NCBI GenBank assembly: GCA_965637545.1
Contig: OZ281495.1
Location: forward strand, 7,874,001 to 7,938,000
From: Phallusia mammillata
Taxonomy: Eukaryota
DNA: 64,000 nucleotides
Direction: 5' to 3'
Below, in pieces: positions 59,071 through 64,000 of this stretch. Numbering within the stretch: position 1 is the first letter of the stretch; each line of letters opens with the position of its first letter. Both the position numbers and the translations under genes were made by a program. The notes below the pieces were generated by a model. The model did not search any database, was not told the origin of the DNA, and was given only the letters and a program-made list of their open reading frames with translations.

Positions 59071-59597
59071 GTTTGCGAACTGCAGGGAGATAAGTCGCTG
59101 TGAGAAGATCCACTGCAAGACCTAATTTCACGCCTGTTCGCTAACCGTAATTGGAAAATCGGCTCAGCGCGCCTTGGATCCGTGTGAATCGATTCACGAT
59201 GATTTAACGTGAAATTTGTTTATTTGCCCAAAACTAGAAATAGCTTAGAAGATAATTCTTAAACCCGATTTAACTAATTTTCAACCTAAATGGTATAAAA
59301 ACATTTATGTCGCTACAATTTTAACGTTTGTGTCTTTCTACAACGAAAATGAGTATAAATTTACCTAAAATACAATTTTATTGGCTTTTGTCAGTTTCAA
59401 TTTTATAAGTGAATTTATTTCAACTTTCATCAACCGCATAACCCATTGGCCAGCGTTCAAAAAGGTCATAAACCTATCGTGGACAAATACCTCATTTTCA
59501 CCTTACAGTTGATTATTGATGGAGCCAAATATAACCGACGATTTGCTTAGTTGATATCCGGGTCCATATAGGTTCGGCCGCCCTCACTGTTTTCATA

Positions 59598-61000
59598 TCA
59601 AACATAAATCCTGTCAAATTGCTCGCACTTTTCGCGACAATTTTCGTCGTTGATGGCTCGAGAACGGGTTAAAGCGAAATCGAGTCGCTCCTTCTCACGA
59701 CAATCGACATTTATAGGTGACGTTCGAACCCCCGCGAACTGCTCGCATGCTTGGGTTGCGTTTCGTTGAGGTGTGACAACTGGGCTTAAGGTTAGAAAAT
59801 CATATTTTGTTTGTGAGTGCAAGGTCAGTCACAGTTCTCCTTGGTGTATTTCTCCAAAGCATATGTTACATTACGTTTGACGTCTTTGTTTATTTTTTTT
59901 TTGGTTGCCAACACTTTACATTCATCATTACGAATTCGTATTTGTTTTTCACGGTAAAAAAGGCTTGAGATATTAGCCGAGTTTATATCGATTTGAAATG
60001 GTAAACCCAAAATATTTTTTTCCGGTATTCTCTTACGTATTCCTTATATACACCAACTTCCTTTTATTTGTTCTCGCTCCTCGTTTTTTAGTACGAAATC
60101 TAGTACATTTTTTGAAAACATTCCGTAAATTTTGTCTCTATTTTCGATTCCAAAACCACCAAGATTTTACGGCAGCAATTTGTTACGTGATTTCGAAATT
60201 GATCGTTCCGATTCTGCGAGCAGCGCTCTTGCTCGCTGGATTGCATTACGAAACTGAAGTCGACGCGTAAGCTTAAAAACAAATTGCGAAAACGTGTTGT
60301 GGGATGTCCAATCGTCCCCGCCACCGTGTTCCTTCAGTAATGACCGAATACACGGGTATTGGCTGGGGGTAGATGTTCTTTGAAGACTCGTCAGGCCGAT
60401 GTCTGTCTGTGATAAGATTGTGACGACAGATTCAAGTCTTCGCCGCCTGGCCTTTTGCTCTTGGCTATGTTCACAAAGAAGATGGTTTAGGATTGCAGTA
60501 AATTGGTTCTCAAAGTTCAAAGGAGCGGTTTAGGGCAGAACAGGGCGCAGCGCAAAGCAGCAAGAACCTTGACAGTTCAACAGTTTGTATTAAAATGTTT
60601 ACAGGAATTCGAATATATTGATTTTGGATTGTAACGTAACTGACAGACAGAATGCAAATCTTAAAGGTTTGAGTGTTTTCGGGAGCTGAATTTGTTTTCA
60701 AAGTCAAGAATCTTAAAACCGACTGAAATAGATTGTTTTGAAAAGCTTGTGTCAAACCAACAATGCTATGAGGCAAAACTTCAAATTCACTGCCCAAGTG
60801 TTTGACCCAGTATTTTCGAATTATTGTTTTTCAGTAATCCTGGTATCTTCTTAGTCACAAACACTTTTGCAACTCTTTTGTTTTGATTGAGAAAAAAAGG
60901 GCCGGCACCGCAAAGAGATTATTTACTTCTGAAAGGAAATCGTAACTGCTGGTAATAGCTACCTGAGTGGCGGCGTTCAAAGTCGTTACGGCCAGTTCTT
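59598..61000 (-). pseudogene. Decayed single-exon coding-like tract (retroelement or virus-derived?)
   Basis: Abutting minus-strand ORF pieces (60797-60510, 60520-60167, 60010-59825, 59822-59598) joined by frameshifts or stops. Contains GGGDD and LP*NLGGFGI. Confidence 0.35.
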
Positions 61001-64000
61001 TCAATTTTAGAATAAGTACCGTGACGCCATGACAGGCCTTTAATGGAAATGGTAAAGTAAAGTGGCATTATCAGATGTAAAAAACGTGTACACTAAAGCT
61101 TGAAATGTAGTTTTTACGCTCTGGCGTGGACAAGTCTTTAACTGTATATTTTGTTTTAACAGGGCCTATTTAATGTAGTTAGATATGAAAAACTTGTAAA
61201 TTGCTTAAGAATTGAATGATGGTTGTACAAGAATGAAGAGTTGCTCTGCAACAAGTGATATTTGGTATCTACGACCCTCAACAGAGTTCTGGTTGCGCAG
61301 TGAGTTTTAAAGTCTGGTTTGTAACGTTTTCAGGCCTTTGTGTGAGTTGTACAGCTGGTGTATTTAAACTAAATGTGTAAAAAGGTTCAGTTTTGTAAAC
61401 CAGGAGTTGGCATTTTTTCAGCATTTTTGGTTACATTTGGGAGGATCCTTTGGAATGAAAAAGTGTACTGCAGTTTATAGACAGTTAGCTACAAACTGTT
61501 TGATCTGTACTTAACCAACTGTAACCGCAGCTATGTAAGCACAGTTGGGATTGGTATCAACCCTATAGCAACTTTATAGCAACTGTGATATCAATTATGT
61601 GAGAAAATTATGTGTACCAGTTTGTTGTTTGGGTCCTATAGGATTTTGTACAATGAGTTTTCGGCTTGTGCAAAACACTGTATATACGTACCTCGTTGAA
61701 AGTATAATACTCCTGAGTTACCTGATAAGCAAAGGTCAAACGAGTATAGTTTACTCATCATTTCAAAGATAGGATGCGATATTTCGAAATGTTAAGGACA
61801 AATTATACGGCATATGTGGCAGTGTGGTGGTTACGTGAAAATTGCTGAAGGTTTATTAGTGGGCGGCACCAAAAATGGATTTGCCCGGCCTTGATTATAA
61901 TTCGATTTCAACAATTCCCAGTGGTGATAGCGCCCGAATGAAAATTAGCGTTAATCGAGACTTGGGGGGCCTGGTGCGGCCTATTACGACGGGAAACGAA
62001 TGGCCGTGATAATATGTGTTTTTTACATGATAACTAGCGACAGCACACCTAAGAAATTCTTCATGATGATTTTTCTTGAAATTTATTCCGCTACTAAGAA
62101 AACGTTACTGCATAGTTGCGCTAAATTAGAAGTTTTAAAGTGTGAATCTGTAAGGAAAAGTGTGGGATACATTGAATTACGTCCTATAAACGAAATGGTT
62201 TAATCCGATTTTATACCCGTGTGCTAAAATCAAGTCTTTCGCCAGATAATGCTAAGCTTAACATCTTAAAACTGCAAGATATAGTGTGAAACCGCCAGGG
62301 TAGACATGTGGCAAAAAGTTATAAAAAATAGAGAGTTTAAACCCTGTACGCTTGTTTTTTTTATACCTAGTCCAAATAGCGAGTTATAAAGGCGAAAATG
62401 GGTGGTATAAAGGCACATATTGCCACATCCTAAACAAATATGGAATTATGTTAACAGTCAACAACTATTGTCTGTGGGTAAAAAAACGTAGAAACGACAT
62501 TCACAACTAAGTGGGTCGTCCGTTCGTGGACATCGATACCCCCACACAGCCCCCACCGCGTCCTGGGTGTCTGGGTTCACTTCGGTGGGTAAGCTCGACG
62601 CTTTTGAGGCGTATCGCCGCGTCCCAGGGTCGGCGACACTGTAAAACGGAAAGCCAAACCCTGATTGACTGGGTCATATGTCGTTTTTCTCTGAGAGAAT
62701 TCCGACGTCGTGAATCTCTTGCTTTTGTGACTGAAAGTCGACTTGTATCAATGACAGAGAGGTCGATGTGAAAAAAGAAACCACAATTTGGTTTTTCTAC
62801 TGTATCCGAGTGGGCTCAATTGGCGCTGGTCGTAGAAGGAATATTTCGTTAGAGAATTATGTTTTAGAATAATACCGTAGAAAGCGCGTTGAACTATGTT
62901 TTTTGAGGTCTGTAGTCAGAGGGCTTTTTTCGATCATACAAAATCAGAATGGTTTCTTGTTAGACAAAACGTTTAGGTGGTTGTTATCAGAAAAAATGTG
63001 CTGTGAGAAACCAGCTTTTAGCTGTTCTGACTTCTGATGTTTGGTTTTGATGAATTTATCATGTTAAATTGATAACTTTTTAGGCAGAACAGGCATATGT
63101 GTGAAAACGTCCACAACCACTTATGTCAAACAGTTAATAAAGTCAAGGTAATAAACACTTTAGTTTAGTAAAATCTAATTTAGTTGCATCCTACGACTAC
63201 CTGTATTAGAAGGCTGGCCTTTGTTATTAACAGCAAGAATCTCACAACGCTTAAGTGTTAGCATTTGTGAGGCTTTATGTTCTTGTGCGGATAAATTACA
63301 GTGGGCTGTTGCGCAAACTTTTGTGGTAAGTTACTAAAACTGTGTCGTTGAGACAATTTGAGTAATCGTCCTTTAATGACAGGTTGGCGTTGTCGCAAAG
63401 CCCAATTGCCTGTTGCGAGAAATGCATTAAGAACAGATGTCGCTGATCTTACAAAAGCAATAACTGCCCGGCGAAAGCTGAAAATTGACTGCTGAATGCA
63501 ACGAGACGGCGGAGCAATTATACGGTACTCAATCCCTCGAAAAGACTGATAAGCCATACACGGGGTACAATGCAGGTCGTACAGAGAAAATGGGACTCTC
63601 TCCATTAGACAGGTGCCCGTATCGACTGGCGACTTATCTATGCCTTGTGGTGTTGTTTTTCTGGTGCTGGTGTCGACGCCTGGCGTGTAATGCGAACATT
63701 TGACGGTAATGAGCCCAAGCCACACCAATTGCTGTTCAGTTACTTCTGTGTCACACTCCTACGTATAATAGGTGGTATAAATTACTAGTGTACCGGTGTA
63801 ATTTCACAAATGTTACTCGCTTGGTTGTTATTTATCGCCGGTGACTTGTTAGGTAATTGCTTCCACGTATAGTAAATTAGGATTGGTTTAAGTACTTCTT
63901 CAATCACGTAATGGCGTACCGAATATATCAACTCACGTAGAAACATGTAAGTCATGATACTGCACAGTAATGAAGATCGTAAGTTTGTTGTTACCACAGT

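Noticed and set aside
63258-63728. 156-aa minus-strand ORF
   Set aside because: No recognisable motif, splice sites or ATG context; consistent with a chance ORF.

Overview
AT-rich, compact, intron-containing animal genomic DNA. Gene and repeat content look tunicate/ascidian-like, which is an inference. Gene models were assembled by hand from splice sites and reading phase. Intact genes: GDP-L-fucose synthase (last exon outside the window), mitochondrial Trp-tRNA synthetase WARS2, a PMP22/claudin-family tetraspan, a 704-aa lipoxygenase-fold protein, a phosphatidylinositol-synthase-like CDP-alcohol phosphotransferase, ubiquitin-S27a (RPS27A) with four C/D snoRNAs in or beside it, and SIVA1. Disabled loci: a fibrinogen-domain (FReD) pseudogene and an internally deleted second GFUS copy. 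There are many hAT, CACTA, piggyBac-like and Helentron-type non-autonomous elements, several of them nested. From about 49.3 kb to the end I found no intact gene, only repeats and decayed coding-like fragments. Top findings: (1) the lipoxygenase is fully intact but has replaced three of its five iron-ligand positions, so it is a candidate pseudo-enzyme; (2) a tandem cluster of four unrecognised small genes of 84-123 aa shares one exon architecture, and two of them start with Met-Gly (myristoylation-like); (3) a duplicated 28S-guide snoRNA has one copy downstream of the host poly(A) signal; (4) three GC-AG introns.
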